Assembly (NCBI GenBank): GCA_963780825.1 | Contig: CAWADL010000024.1 | Location: forward strand, 18,850 to 82,849 | Length of the DNA stretch: 64,000 nucleotides | Source of the DNA: an uncultured Pseudomonadota bacterium | GTDB taxonomy: Bacteria; Pseudomonadota; Alphaproteobacteria; Rhizobiales; Beijerinckiaceae | Reading direction: 5' to 3' | Shown: in pieces, positions 23,560 through 33,691 of the stretch | How positions within the stretch are numbered: the stretch's first letter is position 1 | How the letters are laid out: every line of letters begins with the position of its first letter | Notes under the pieces: model-generated | The model's input: only the letters and a program-made list of their open reading frames with translations | What the model was told of the DNA's origin: nothing | Database searches by the model: none | Made by a program: the position numbers and the translations under genes

Positions 23560-24354
23560 ATGTTTGATCGGGGCGTGCGAACCGACAGTGAGGTCGCCGC
23601 GTTGCGCGCGGAGATCGAACGCCTGCGCGCGTTCGTCGAACTGCGCGCGCAAGCGCAGGAAGACATGATTCGGGCGATCACCCTCGGAGCGCGCACGCGG
23701 ATGGTTGAGGCCGTAGAGGAACGCATACAGCTCGCCGCGCGCGAGGCGATCGCTTTCGCCGAAGGCGGCCTCATACAGCACGAAGCCGCGTTACGCGCAC
23801 TCGGCCGCCGCGTCGCCGAACTTTCACGCGAGGCCCCGCCGGTCCGCCTGCCAGAGCCCAACAGGCTCGCCGCGTCCGCGGTTCGAGCTTATCTGATCGG
23901 CTCATCCGAGGAAGACTCGCCCGGCTGCCTGAACCTGGAGCTTCGCCAGGAACGCGAAGACACATTTCTCTTCGATCTCGCCAATCTACCCATCCTCCCT
24001 GGAGCCGCGGAGAAGCTTGTCGCCGGCCACATCGTCGAGCGGGCGCCCGCCTACGAATTGACAGAGAACATCCTGCCACATTGGCGCGAGCGCCTCGCGC
24101 CCGGTGGCGAACTGGTTGTCCTCACACTCGACGGTCCCGCCTGGGCTGCGGATCTCGCGAGCCACGCCGCCGACTTCGAATGTTTTCGCGTCCGTCTCGG
24201 CGCCGACGGCGTCCGGGCGGCGCCGCGCAATGTGTTCGACGAAGCGAGTTTGCGCAGCGCCTTGCTCGCGGCGGGCTTCGCTGAGATCGAGCTGGCGAGC
24301 CGCGACGCCGAGACCATGACGATGCGGATGATCGCGCGGACAGCAGCACCGTGA
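23560..24354 (+). CDS. Coiled-coil plus degenerate methyltransferase-like protein
   Basis: N-terminal coiled coil; HIVER...WRERLAPGGELVV and FDEASLRSALLAAGF resemble class I MTase C-terminal motifs; GTGA overlap with the next gene. Confidence 0.55.
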   Translation: MFDRGVRTDSEVAALRAEIERLRAFVELRAQAQEDMIRAITLGARTRMVEAVEERIQLAAREAIAFAEGGLIQHEAALRALGRRVAELSREAPPVRLPEPNRLAASAVRAYLIGSSEEDSPGCLNLELRQEREDTFLFDLANLPILPGAAEKLVAGHIVERAPAYELTENILPHWRERLAPGGELVVLTLDGPAWAADLASHAADFECFRVRLGADGVRAAPRNVFDEASLRSALLAAGFAEIELASRDAETMTMRMIARTAAP

Positions 24355-26628
24355 GTGAACGCGCGTTCTCTGTCGTCATCTGCACCGACGCACGCCGCGA
24401 CTATCTGAGGTCCACGCTGCAAAGCCTGCACTATCTGGACTACGAAGCCTTCGAAGTCTGTGTCGTCTGCGGGCCAAGCGCTGACGGGACGCGCACATTG
24501 GTCGAAGCCTATCAGCCTCGATTGAAAATAGCGGCGATAGCTGAGCGCAATCTTTCGCGCGCACGCAACTCAGGCATTCAGCTGGCGGCGGGTGAGATCA
24601 TCGCCTTCCTCGACGATGACGCCACGCCCGAGCCGCGCTGGCTCGCCGATCTCAATCAAGCCTATGATGACCCAGATGTCCTCGCTGCTGGTGGCCTTGT
24701 CTACGACGGGTCGGGGATCAGCTTCCAAGCGCGGTTCGTCACGATCGATCGTTTGGGCTACCCGCATGACGCACACGCCGGCCCGACGCCGCGCCTCAAC
24801 TTTCCGTTCTCGCCGGAATTTCCGCATCTGCTAGGCGCCAACTGCTCGTTTCGCCGTACGACGTTGATTGAACTCGGCGGCTTCGATGAGGAATACGAAT
24901 ATTTCCTCGACGAGACCGACATGATTTGCCGCGTCGTCGACTCCGGCGGCCTCATCGCACAACTCGATGGCGCACCCGTTCATCATAAGACCGCGCCGAG
25001 CCCACTGAGGCAATCGTCGCGTGTGATGCGACACTGGCGGCCGGTGATCAAGAACCGGCTCTATTTCGGCTATCGCAACGGTCTCGCCCACCACACGCCG
25101 TGGGAAGTTTTGCGTGCGACGGTTGACGATGCCGCGTCGTGGCAACGCGATGTCGAGCGACACGTTGCCGCCGGCGATCTCGAGCGGGGCGATCTAGATA
25201 AGTTTCAACGCGAAGCGGAGTCGGCGATCGTCGCCGGGCTCGCCGCGGCGCGTGAGCCGAGCCGAAAGCTGATGACCGCGCCGGCTCGCGCCGCTGCGCC
25301 ACCGCCTTTGCTACCATTCGCGCAAGCTCTAAAGGCCGACCAGCGGCTCTGCCTGTGCCTCATCTCGCAGGATTATCCCCCCAGGCAGAACGGCGGGATC
25401 GCGCGCAACGTGCAGGAGGTCGGCGCGGCCTGGGCGCGGCTCGGCCATCATGTCCACGTTTTTACCCGAGCGAGGCTAGAGGCTAGCGTCGCGTTCGAGG
25501 AAGGCGTCTGGGTGCATCGCATGGCAATCGAAGCCAGCGCGATCCCGCCGCCTGATCTCATCGCGCCGCACGCGATCCCGCGCCCGCTTTGGGACTACTC
25601 TTGCGCCATGTTTAAGGCGATTGCCGAGCTCGACGCGAGGCGCAAGGTCGATCTGGTTTATGCGCCGCTTTGGGATTGCGAGCCGATTGCGTTCCTGCAA
25701 GAACCCCGATTTCCGCTGGTCGTTGCGCTGCAGACGACGCTCGACTTCTGGCTCGAACTCGCAGCCCGAGCGGCGCCTCGATCCCGAGTGGATGCGCGAT
25801 CGCGGCTCGCCGGTGCTGGCGCTCGAGAGTTGGATCCTTGAGCGCGCGCCATGCCTGCACGCCAATAGCCATGCGATCCTCGCCGACATTGAGGAACGAT
25901 ATGCGATGCGAATCCCGGACACGCGAGTTGTCGTTGCGCCGCACGGAATGTCAGACTGGGCCGCTGTAGCCGATATCGCTGACCTCGGCCGGCCGGGGTC
26001 GGCGACCCCGGCTACAGTGATGCCCGACGCCGTGCGCTTCCTGTTCGTTGGTCGTCTCGAAAGTCGCAAAGGGATCGACGTCCTATTGCGCGCCGCGCCG
26101 GAGGTCTTGCGGTGCTTTCCGCACGCCCGGCTGGACATCGTTGGCAACGACGGGATCGAGCGCGCTGAAGGGGGAACTTACAAAGACGCATTTCGCGCGT
26201 CGCCCGAGGCGCGCGACGTTCAGAGTCGCATCGTCTTTCACGGCCGCGTCGAGGAGGACAAGTTGCGACGCTTCTACCGCGACTGCGACGTGCTGGTTGC
26301 CCCCTCGCGGTATGAGTCGTTCGGCCTCGTCTATCTGGAGGGGATGATGTTTGGAAAACCCGTGATTGGTGGGCAGGGGGGCGGCGGCCCGGAGGTGATC
26401 GAGGAGGGCGTCACCGGCCTGCTCGTCGCCCCCGGCGACGCCGACCAACTCGCCGCCGCGATGATGCGGCTCGGCGATGGCCGGGAGCTGCGGGCGAGGA
26501 TGGGACAGGCCGGACGCCGCCGCTACGAGGCGCACTTTGGCGCCGACGCGACCGCTAGGCTGCTGCTCGAAGGCGCATTGGCGCGTCTACCCCAGGCGGA
26601 GGGTCGGCGTCCACGCCGACCTTTTTGA
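24351..26628 (+). CDS. GT2-GT4 fusion glycosyltransferase (one frameshift near 25757)
   Basis: SVVICT, ARNSGI, FLDDDA, GGFDEEY..DETD (GT2); FVGRLESRKG, PSRYESFGLVYLEGMMFGKPVI (GT4). Confidence 0.85.
25964..26017. repeat. GTAG-type REP (family E-like), in frame within the GT4 linker
   Basis: CTGTAGCCGATATCGCTGACCTCGGCC-GGCCGGGGTCGGCGACCCCGGCTACAG, 54 bp. Confidence 0.7.
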
Positions 26629-26686
26629 GATCCCCGCGCGGCCGGCGTTGAAGGGAAACCCTCGTCGGCCTGGAGGCCGACGCTCC
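26598..26686. repeat. REP-like doublet, family C (reverse orientation)
   Basis: GGAGGGTCGGCGTCCACGCCGAC...GTCGGCCTGGAGGCCGACGCTCC; overlaps the last GT codons. Confidence 0.85.
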
Positions 26687-26693
26687 ACAGGGG

Positions 26694-27908
26694 CTAGTGC
26701 GCGACCAACGTTTCTCCGCGCTTCTCCGGGCTGAACCGGATGACAATGATGAGCGCGACCGCCACGGTCCCGCCGACCAGCGCCAGCGCGTAGGAATAGT
26801 TGCCGCCGTTGGCTTCGGCGAGCTTGGCCTGGAACGGCCCATTGAACGAGGCCAGGAAGTTGCCGGCCTGATAGATGAACGCCGGCAGCGTCGCGCGGAC
26901 CGCGCCCGGCGACAATTCGTTGAGATGCGCTGGCACGACGCCCCAGGCGCCCTGCACTGCGATCTGCATGATGAAGGCGCCGACCGCCAGCATGAACGGC
27001 GTCGAGGAATAGGCCCAGAGCGGCAGCGCGGGCAGCGCGATGAGCGCGGCGAGGGTTATCGCGTTGACGCGGCCGATGCGTTCGGAAAGCGCGCCGAAGA
27101 TGATGCCGCCGCTCATCGCGCCGACGTTGGCGACGATGTTGATCCAACTGACCGTCGTCGTATCGAACTGGTGCTGCTTCTGCAGGAAGGTCGGGTAAAG
27201 ATCCTGCGTGCCGTGGCTGAAAAAGTTGAACAGCATCATCATCACGATCGAATAGATGACCAGCCGCCAATTGTTGACAATCAACTCCCATAAGCTCGGC
27301 TTGGCGACATGCTGGGCTTCGATGAAGGCCGGCAATTCCTCGACGTTGGAGCGGATGAACAGCACTACGAATGCCGGCAGCACGCTGAACAGGAACAACG
27401 CGCGCCAGCCAATCTCATAGCCGCCGATATTGCGTCCATAAAACAAACCGTAGACGACCGAGGCGAGCAGGAAGCCGCTGGGATAGCCCGCCTGCAAAAT
27501 CCCGCTGACCGGCCCGCGCGCGCTCGGCGGGATCGATTCCATGACCAACGAACTGCCGAGACCCCACTCGCCGCCCATGGCGACGCCAAACAGCGTGCGC
27601 AGGATCAGGAAGACCGTGAGATTCGGCGAAAAGGCCGCGGCGGCGCCGAGGACAGAGTAGCTGAGAATGTCGATCATCAGCGCGGGCTTGCGCCCGAACT
27701 TGTCGCCGATCCGGCCGAAGATGAACGCGCCGACGAAACGCATGGCGAGCGTCAGGAAGAGGGCGTAGGCGACTTGCGGGATATCGACGCCGAACTCCTT
27801 CGCGATATCCTTGATGAGGAACGTCAGCAGGAAGAAATCGAACGCATCGAGCGCCCAGCCGAGATAGGCGGCGACCACGGATTTCGTTTGTTGCGGCGTC
27901 AGGTTCAA
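26694..27908 (-). CDS. MFS transporter (SHS/JEN-like carboxylate transporter)
   Basis: GWALDAFDFF, GDKFGRKP, GGEWG and SHGTQDLYPTF motifs. Confidence 0.88.
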   Translation of the reverse strand: MNLTPQQTKSVVAAYLGWALDAFDFFLLTFLIKDIAKEFGVDIPQVAYALFLTLAMRFVGAFIFGRIGDKFGRKPALMIDILSYSVLGAAAAFSPNLTVFLILRTLFGVAMGGEWGLGSSLVMESIPPSARGPVSGILQAGYPSGFLLASVVYGLFYGRNIGGYEIGWRALFLFSVLPAFVVLFIRSNVEELPAFIEAQHVAKPSLWELIVNNWRLVIYSIVMMMLFNFFSHGTQDLYPTFLQKQHQFDTTTVSWINIVANVGAMSGGIIFGALSERIGRVNAITLAALIALPALPLWAYSSTPFMLAVGAFIMQIAVQGAWGVVPAHLNELSPGAVRATLPAFIYQAGNFLASFNGPFQAKLAEANGGNYSYALALVGGTVAVALIIVIRFSPEKRGETLVAH

Positions 27909-27961
27909 GATGTCCTCCCCCTGTTCGTTGTTTTTGCGATACCGTCTGCCCGAAGCTCACG

Positions 27962-28285
27962 CTAGCCCATATTTTTGGACGGAGCTCCGGCGTAGGGCGG
28001 ACGACGATGGCCGCCGCGCGCTTCCGCGTTTGCGCAATATCGAAACTGTTCTGCATGCGCATGAGCGTGTCCATGGACACGCCGAACGCCTTTTCGAATT
28101 CGCAACGCCATCTCCGGTGACAAGTTCGCGCGCTCGTTGAGCAGCGCGGAGAGCGCCGCGCGCGTAACGCCGAGCGCTTCGGCCGCCTTGGTCACGGTCA
28201 ACCCCAGCGGCTCAATGATTTCGCTGCCGATAAAGCCGCCGGGATGCGCGGGCGCCTTCATACGAATGCCCTGCGTCGTCGTCAT
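27962..28285 (-). CDS. higA: HigA-family antitoxin (apparent indels)
   Basis: PAHPGGFI..EIIEPLGLTVTKAAEALGVTRAALSALLNERANLSPEMALR. Confidence 0.85.
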   Translation of the reverse strand: MTTTQGIRMKAPAHPGGFIGSEIIEPLGLTVTKAAEALGVTRAALSALLNERANLSPEMALRIRKGVRRVHGHAHAHAEQFRYCANAEARGGHRRPPYAGAPSKNMG

Positions 28286-28294
28286 GTGATGCTC

Positions 28295-28586
28295 CTAGTG
28301 GTAATCCTCAAATCCGAGGTCGACGATCTCGATGTCAGTTTGATTGATGCGGAAGGTAAGCCGCCAGTTCTTGGTGACCGTCAGACTCCAAATGCCCTTT
28401 CGGTCCCCAGCAAGCTGATGGGCTTTCCAGTGGGGTATTGTCCGCAGTTCCTCTTCTCGCGCCATGTCCTGCAGGAAGGAAATCATTCGGCGCAGCTTTG
28501 GCGCGGCGACGGCCGGGAGTCCCGAGGAAATCCTCTTCCTCGATGAACCGTCGCAGCCCTTTGTGGACGACGTTTCGGATCCTCAT
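28295..28586 (-). CDS. higB: HigB/RelE-family toxin (one-base insertion near 28530)
   Basis: MRIRNVVHKGLRRF...WKAHQLAGDRKGIWSLTVTKNWRLTF...EDYH. Confidence 0.85.
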
Positions 28587-28605
28587 ACGCAAGCATAGGC
28601 GACAT

Positions 28606-28635
28606 GTCGTATAGCGTCAAGCGACGCTATACGAC
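28606..28635. promoter_or_regulatory. Probable HigA operator
   Basis: Perfect 13-bp inverted repeat GTCGTATAGCGTC-AAGC-GACGCTATACGAC, 20 bp upstream of higB. Confidence 0.7.
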
Positions 28636-28686
28636 CCGACCAAGCCGTTGACGACGGCAATCCGCGAGCTTATGGGGCAGCGGAAC

Positions 28687-28772
28687 CGTGGTTATTTGAG
28701 CCGGTCGGCTTGCCGCCACGTTAAACAAAGGGCTAAAAGATCGGGATTTTCCAAAAATCCAGATTGAGGCCC
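28687..28772 (+). ncRNA. SAM-II/SAM-alpha-type riboswitch (variant) upstream of metZ
   Basis: CGTGG-TTATTTG-AGCCGGTCGGCTTGCCG-CCACG-TTAAACAAAGGGCTAAA with P1 CGTGG/CCACG; directly 5' of a methionine biosynthesis gene. Confidence 0.75.
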
Positions 28773-28796
28773 GCGCGCATTGCGTCAGGAGCCAAG

Positions 28797-29993
28797 ATGG
28801 TCAGCCCTCGAAAATCCCGTGACCCAAAGACGCTGAGACCCGCCACCCTCTTGGTCCACGGCGCCTCCGTCCGCTCGCAGTTTGACGAGACCTCCGAGGC
28901 GCTGTTCCTGACGCAAGGGTATCTCTACGACACGATGGAGGTCGCCGAGGCGCGGTTCAAGGGCGACGAGCCGGGCTTCATCTATTCACGCTTCTCCAAT
29001 CCGACGGTGGCGATGTTCGAGAAGCGCATGGCGCTGCTCGAACGCGCGGAGGCCGCGCGCGCTACCGCCAGCGGTATGGCGGCCGTCACCGCGTCGCTGA
29101 TGGGGCAGGTCAAGGCGGGCGACCATGTGGTCGCGGCGAGGGCGCTGTTCGGCTCGTGTTTATATGTTGTCGAAGAGCTGCTGCCGCGTTTCGGGGTCGA
29201 GACGACGTTGGTTGAGGGGACGGACCTCGACGCATGGCGCGGCGCGATGCGGCCGAACACCAAGACGACGTTCCTGGAAAGCCCGACCAACCCGACCCTG
29301 GAGGTCATCGACATCGCCGGCGTCGCCGAGATCGCGCATGCCGCGGGCGCGACGCTGGTTGTCGACAACGTATTCGCCTCGCCCTTGCTGCAGCATCCGC
29401 TGGAGCTCGGCGCCGACTGCGTGGTTTATTCCGCAACCAAACATATCGACGGACAGGGCCGCACGCTCGGCGGGATCATTCTGGCGAGCGAGAAATTCGT
29501 GGCGACGCACATCCACAATTTCCTGCGCCAGACCGGGCCGAGCCTATCGCCGTTCAACGCCTGGGTCATGCTGAAGTCGCTGGAGACTATGCCTGTGCGG
29601 ATCGCCGCGCAGACCCGTTCAGCGGAGCGAATCGCCGAGTTCCTAAGCCAACACCGCCGCGTGAAGCGCGTGTTCTATCCGGGCCGACCCGACCATCCGC
29701 AGTATCAGATCGCGCGCAAGCAAATGTCGGGCGGCGGCACGCTCGTCGCCTTTGAGATCGACGGGGCCAAGAAAGAGGCTTTTGCGTTCGCCAATGCGCT
29801 GTCGATCATTGGCATTTCCAACAACCTCGGCGACGCCAAGAGCCTCATCACCCACCCCGAGACGACGACGCACCAACGGTTGAAGCCCGAGCAGCGCGCG
29901 GCGCTTGGCATCGGGCCGGGGTTGCTGAGGCTGTCGGTTGGGCTGGAGGACGTCGAGGATTTGATCGAGGATATTTCGACGGCGTTGGGGTGA
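28797..29993 (+). CDS. metZ: O-succinylhomoserine sulfhydrylase
   Basis: ETSEALFLTQG, YSRFSNPT, YSATKHIDGQGR, NNLGDAKSLITHP. Confidence 0.93.
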   Translation: MVSPRKSRDPKTLRPATLLVHGASVRSQFDETSEALFLTQGYLYDTMEVAEARFKGDEPGFIYSRFSNPTVAMFEKRMALLERAEAARATASGMAAVTASLMGQVKAGDHVVAARALFGSCLYVVEELLPRFGVETTLVEGTDLDAWRGAMRPNTKTTFLESPTNPTLEVIDIAGVAEIAHAAGATLVVDNVFASPLLQHPLELGADCVVYSATKHIDGQGRTLGGIILASEKFVATHIHNFLRQTGPSLSPFNAWVMLKSLETMPVRIAAQTRSAERIAEFLSQHRRVKRVFYPGRPDHPQYQIARKQMSGGGTLVAFEIDGAKKEAFAFANALSIIGISNNLGDAKSLITHPETTTHQRLKPEQRAALGIGPGLLRLSVGLEDVEDLIEDISTALG

Positions 29994-30013
29994 TGCGGCG
30001 CTGGCGGTCCAGC

Positions 30014-30112
30014 CTAATACAATTCCAAGCAGGCCGAGCCAATATCTTGCGCGAAATGGATGATTGGACCTGCGTGGATGCGAAGTAGAGCGGCGATGGC
30101 GTTAGTCTTCAT
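30014..30112 (-). pseudogene. Internally deleted DUF5615/PIN-like toxin remnant
   Basis: ATGA-coupled to the DUF433 gene; 32 aa MKTNAIAALLRIHAGPIIHFAQDIGSACLELY resembles only the start and C-terminal tail of DUF5615 proteins. Confidence 0.55.
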
Positions 30113-30333
30113 TCGGCCGCCGTAACCAACCGCCGCTCGCGGTCGGCCGCATAAGCAAGAGCGGCGCGTATGTCGTCCTCGGCGAGTTCGGGAAAGTCGG
30201 CAATGATCTGTTGCGGCGTCATGCCGGAAGCGAGCCAGCCTAACACATCGGCGACCGCGATGCGCATGTGGCGGATGCAAGGCCGCCCGCCACGCTTGCC
30301 GGGCTCGAGGGTGATGACGCTGCGATAGTCCAT
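30109..30333 (-). CDS. DUF433-family antitoxin
   Basis: PGKRGGRPCIRHMRIAVADVLGWLASGMT..QIIADFPELAEDDIRAALAYAA. Confidence 0.9.
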   Translation of the reverse strand: MDYRSVITLEPGKRGGRPCIRHMRIAVADVLGWLASGMTPQQIIADFPELAEDDIRAALAYAADRERRLVTAAE

Positions 30334-30534
30334 TGCGCGAGAATAGCACTTCCCGCGGCGTCGACGAGCGGCACGCGACAGGGCGTAACCCTACGTGCGG
30401 GGTCTTCCGCAAAGAGGTTCCCTTAGTTCACTGTCGTCAACAAGCTATGTCCGGTGCGCTTTGACCCGCCTTCCCAATGTCCGCCTCCCCCTCTATGTAG
30501 CCGCCGTTCCTCTCCTCGACACCAGGACCGACGC

Positions 30535-31782
30535 ATGGCCGCGCCCGCCCCGCTTTCGCCGCTCGCCCCGAAGACATATCCGACGCTTCCGATCATCGAG
30601 GGCGTTCGCTTCGCCAGCATCGCCGCGGGCGTCCGTTACGCCGGCCGAACCGATCTCATGATGGCGCTTTTCGACGCCCCGGCCGCGGTCGCCGGCGTGT
30701 TCACCAAATCGAAGTGCCCGTCGGCGCCGGTCGACTGGTGCCGCGAGAAGCTGAAAGGCGGCGTGGCCCGCGCGCTGGTCGTCAACTCCGGCAACGCCAA
30801 CGCTTTTACGGGGCATCGCGGCTTGAGCGCCGTCGCTGAGATCGGCGCAGCGGTCGCCACGGCGACTAGCGCCAAGGCCGACCAGGTGTACATGGCCTCC
30901 ACGGGCGTGATCGGCGAGCCGCTGGAGCCCTCCCGCATCACCCACGCCCTCAAAGCCTTGGTCGCCGACGCGAAGCCCGACGCGATGATGGACGCCGCGC
31001 GCGCGATCATGACGACCGACACCTATCCCAAGGTTTCGACGCGCGGCGCCAAACTCGGCGACGCGGACGTGACCATCAGCGGCATGGCGAAGGGCGCGGG
31101 CATGATCGCGCCGGATATGGCGACCATGCTTTCGTTCGTGTTCACCGACGCGCCGATCGCCGCCCCGGTGCTGCAGGCGCTGCTGTCGAAATCGGTGCAA
31201 GGCTCGTTCAACGCAATCACGGTTGATAGCGACACCTCCACCTCCGACACGCTGCTGCTGTTCGCCACCGGCGCCGCGGCGAAACACGGCGCGCCTGAGA
31301 TCAGCGAAGCCAGCGACCCGCGCCTCGGCCCCTTCAAACGCGCGCTCGACAAAGTGCTGCTCGATCTCGCGCATCAGGTGGTTCGCGACGGCGAGGGCGC
31401 GCGCAAATTCGTCGAGGTGCGCGTCGAGGGCGCAGCTTCGCGCAAAGCCGCCAAACGCATCGCGCTTTCGATCGCGAATTCGCCGCTGGTCAAGACAGCC
31501 GTCGCCGGCGAGGACGCCAATTGGGGACGGGTGGTGATGGCGGTCGGCAAGGCCGGCGAAAAGGCCGACCGGGACAAGCTCGAAATCTTTTTCGGCGACA
31601 TCCGCGTCGCTCACGCCGGCCTGCGCGATCCCGATTACAGCGAAGCCGAGACCTCGGCTTACATGAAGCAACAATCGATCATCATCACCGCCAAGCTTGG
31701 CATCGGCGCGGCGCGGGCGAAAGTTTGGACCTGCGATCTCACAAAGGAGTATGTCGCCATCAACGGCGACTATCGCTCGTGA
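30535..31782 (+). CDS. argJ: Ornithine acetyltransferase / N-acetylglutamate synthase
   Basis: [45 protein letters not shown]. Confidence 0.95.
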   Translation: MAAPAPLSPLAPKTYPTLPIIEGVRFASIAAGVRYAGRTDLMMALFDAPAAVAGVFTKSKCPSAPVDWCREKLKGGVARALVVNSGNANAFTGHRGLSAVAEIGAAVATATSAKADQVYMASTGVIGEPLEPSRITHALKALVADAKPDAMMDAARAIMTTDTYPKVSTRGAKLGDADVTISGMAKGAGMIAPDMATMLSFVFTDAPIAAPVLQALLSKSVQGSFNAITVDSDTSTSDTLLLFATGAAAKHGAPEISEASDPRLGPFKRALDKVLLDLAHQVVRDGEGARKFVEVRVEGAASRKAAKRIALSIANSPLVKTAVAGEDANWGRVVMAVGKAGEKADRDKLEIFFGDIRVAHAGLRDPDYSEAETSAYMKQQSIIITAKLGIGAARAKVWTCDLTKEYVAINGDYRS

Positions 31783-32180
31783 GACTGGTTCTCGTCGTCG
31801 CGGTTGCGCTGGTCGATGTCGACGATCGCGTGCTGATCGCGCAGCGTCCCGAAGGCAAGGCGCTAGCGGGGCTTTGGGAGTTTCCTGGCGGCAAGATGGA
31901 GCCCGGCGAGCGCCCCGAGGATGCGTTGATCCGCGAATTGCGTGAGGAGCTCGGCATCGAAGTCAAAGCGCCGTGTCTGGCGCCGCTGACCTTCGCGAGC
32001 CACGCCTACGACGATTTTCATTTGCTGATGCCGCTCTACATCTGCCGCAAGTGGGAGGGCTTTGTGCACGCTAAGGAAGGGCAAGCGCTGAAATGGGTGG
32101 CGGCTAAGGCGCTGCGCGATTATCCCATGCCGCCGGCGGACGCGCCGCTGATTCCGTATTTGGTTGATCTGCTGGGGTAA
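31779..32180 (+). CDS. mutT: MutT-like Nudix hydrolase
   Basis: WEFPGGK...[10 protein letters not shown] Nudix box; GTG start overlaps the argJ stop. Confidence 0.88.
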   Translation: MRLVLVVAVALVDVDDRVLIAQRPEGKALAGLWEFPGGKMEPGERPEDALIRELREELGIEVKAPCLAPLTFASHAYDDFHLLMPLYICRKWEGFVHAKEGQALKWVAAKALRDYPMPPADAPLIPYLVDLLG

Positions 32181-32188
32181 GAGTGAAC

Positions 32189-32298
32189 CGTCATTGCGAG
32201 CGAAGCGAAACAATCCAGCGTCGTGAGATCGGCGGCCGGTTAGACAGGGCGCCGGCCGCCGCATGGATTGCTTCGTCTCTTCGCTCCTCGCAATGACG
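32189..32298. repeat. REP-like doublet, family A
   Basis: CGTCATTGCGAGCGAAGCGAAACAATCCA...TGGATTGCTTCG...CTCGCAATGACG. Confidence 0.87.
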
Positions 32299-32327
32299 AT
32301 CCTGCGCTCAGCGCGGGCGGAAAAGCT

Positions 32328-32864
32328 TCAGCTCTTAACCTTCTCGCCCTTGGCGGCGACGTCGCCGCCAGATTTGGCGTCAGCTTCGCACATATAGGCG
32401 CCTTGTTTGGTCGTGCCGTAGCTCTTATGCCCGGCGTAGTGATACTTGTGCGACTTGGTGTTGACCCAGACGACCGTGTCGGTCGGGCAATGGCCCTTGG
32501 CCTCGCCTTCGCTGGTGAACTGGCCGGCGCCGGTGGCGGCGGGCATGACCTTGGCGACTTTCGTCGGCGTGGGCTTCGGCTCGGGCGCCGAAGCAACCGG
32601 CGGTGGCGGCGGGGGAGCTGGCGCCGCCGCAGGAGCGGCTGCGGGCGCGGCGGAAGCGCTCGCCGAACCGTGGCGCGCCTTGCAGTCCTTCAGGAAGTCC
32701 TGCCAGCTCCCGCCGTTCGTCGTGTTGTTGGCTTTCGCGGTCTTCCACTCGGCGCCGCATTCTTTCATCACGCTCTCGGCCTGAGCCGGGGCGCTGATCA
32801 GAAAAGCAAATGCGCCCGCTGCGAGCACGGCGGCCAGACCGGCCGACATCGTCATCTTTGACAT
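32328..32864 (-). CDS. Secreted protein with Pro/Ala linker and two small Cys-paired domains
   Basis: Signal peptide; CGAEWK...WQDFLKDC; Pro/Ala run; CPTDTVVWVN...YMCE. Confidence 0.75.
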   Translation of the reverse strand: MSKMTMSAGLAAVLAAGAFAFLISAPAQAESVMKECGAEWKTAKANNTTNGGSWQDFLKDCKARHGSASASAAPAAAPAAAPAPPPPPPVASAPEPKPTPTKVAKVMPAATGAGQFTSEGEAKGHCPTDTVVWVNTKSHKYHYAGHKSYGTTKQGAYMCEADAKSGGDVAAKGEKVKS

Positions 32865-32954
32865 AGGAACTCCCCCTTGACGCTGTTTCGCCGCCTCGGG
32901 CCTCTGGTCAAGACGGCGTCGCCGCGAAGCGCCGCGGCACGCCCGTTCTTGGAC

Positions 32955-33596
32955 TTACGCCGCTGAACTGGGAATGAACAAATTGCGGAATTTCTTGAGC
33001 TTTGTCGAGATGCGATGCCGCCCCTGCTCATGATCGACGACCGCCTGGTCAGTCACCCAGTTCAATTGGATCACTCGCCGGGGCCCAGACGTCGGCTTAT
33101 GTCCATGCCAGGATCGGTCGGAGCGGCGAAAGACCAGCAACGTACCGCCGTTCGGCGGCACCTCGGCCGCATAGTCCTCAAGGTTGGTCGCTGAACGTAG
33201 CAGGCGGAGCCGGCCGGCATCCTCTTGCCAGTTCTCGTTCATGTAAAGCAGCACCGTAATGATCTTTGTTTCGGAGTTGGTGTGGATTGAACCGTCTTTC
33301 TCGCGAATGTAGCCGCGGACGGTGTACATCGTCGGTCGGCCGGTCAGATCGATTTGGAACTTGCGTTCGATAGCGCGCTGAAATTCCGGGCCGCGCAGCT
33401 CGTCTATCAGCCCTGCGAAATGGCCGCGTATGTCGAGTTCGGAAGGCGGATGCGAGCCGGGACCCGGCACTTTGGGATAGTCGGCGATGATGTCGGCGAA
33501 GCGCTCGCTGCGAAGAAAGCCAGGGACGACGATATATTCGTACGGGTCGCGCTGCAGCGGCGTGCGCTCCAAGGCGTCGAGATCACAAAAGGTCAT
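32955..33596 (-). CDS. 2OG-Fe(II) oxygenase family protein
   Basis: IHTNS..KIITVLLYMN, SWHGH and RRVIQLNW; HxD appears as HTN. Confidence 0.75.
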   Translation of the reverse strand: MTFCDLDALERTPLQRDPYEYIVVPGFLRSERFADIIADYPKVPGPGSHPPSELDIRGHFAGLIDELRGPEFQRAIERKFQIDLTGRPTMYTVRGYIREKDGSIHTNSETKIITVLLYMNENWQEDAGRLRLLRSATNLEDYAAEVPPNGGTLLVFRRSDRSWHGHKPTSGPRRVIQLNWVTDQAVVDHEQGRHRISTKLKKFRNLFIPSSAA

Positions 33597-33691
33597 ATCG
33601 GGCTCCGCGTTGCCGCCTATTAGCAAAGCGAGCAGGCGGGGCCAATGCAGCCGCGGTAGCGCCGGCCCGTCGGTCAAGATAGGCAGGGCCG

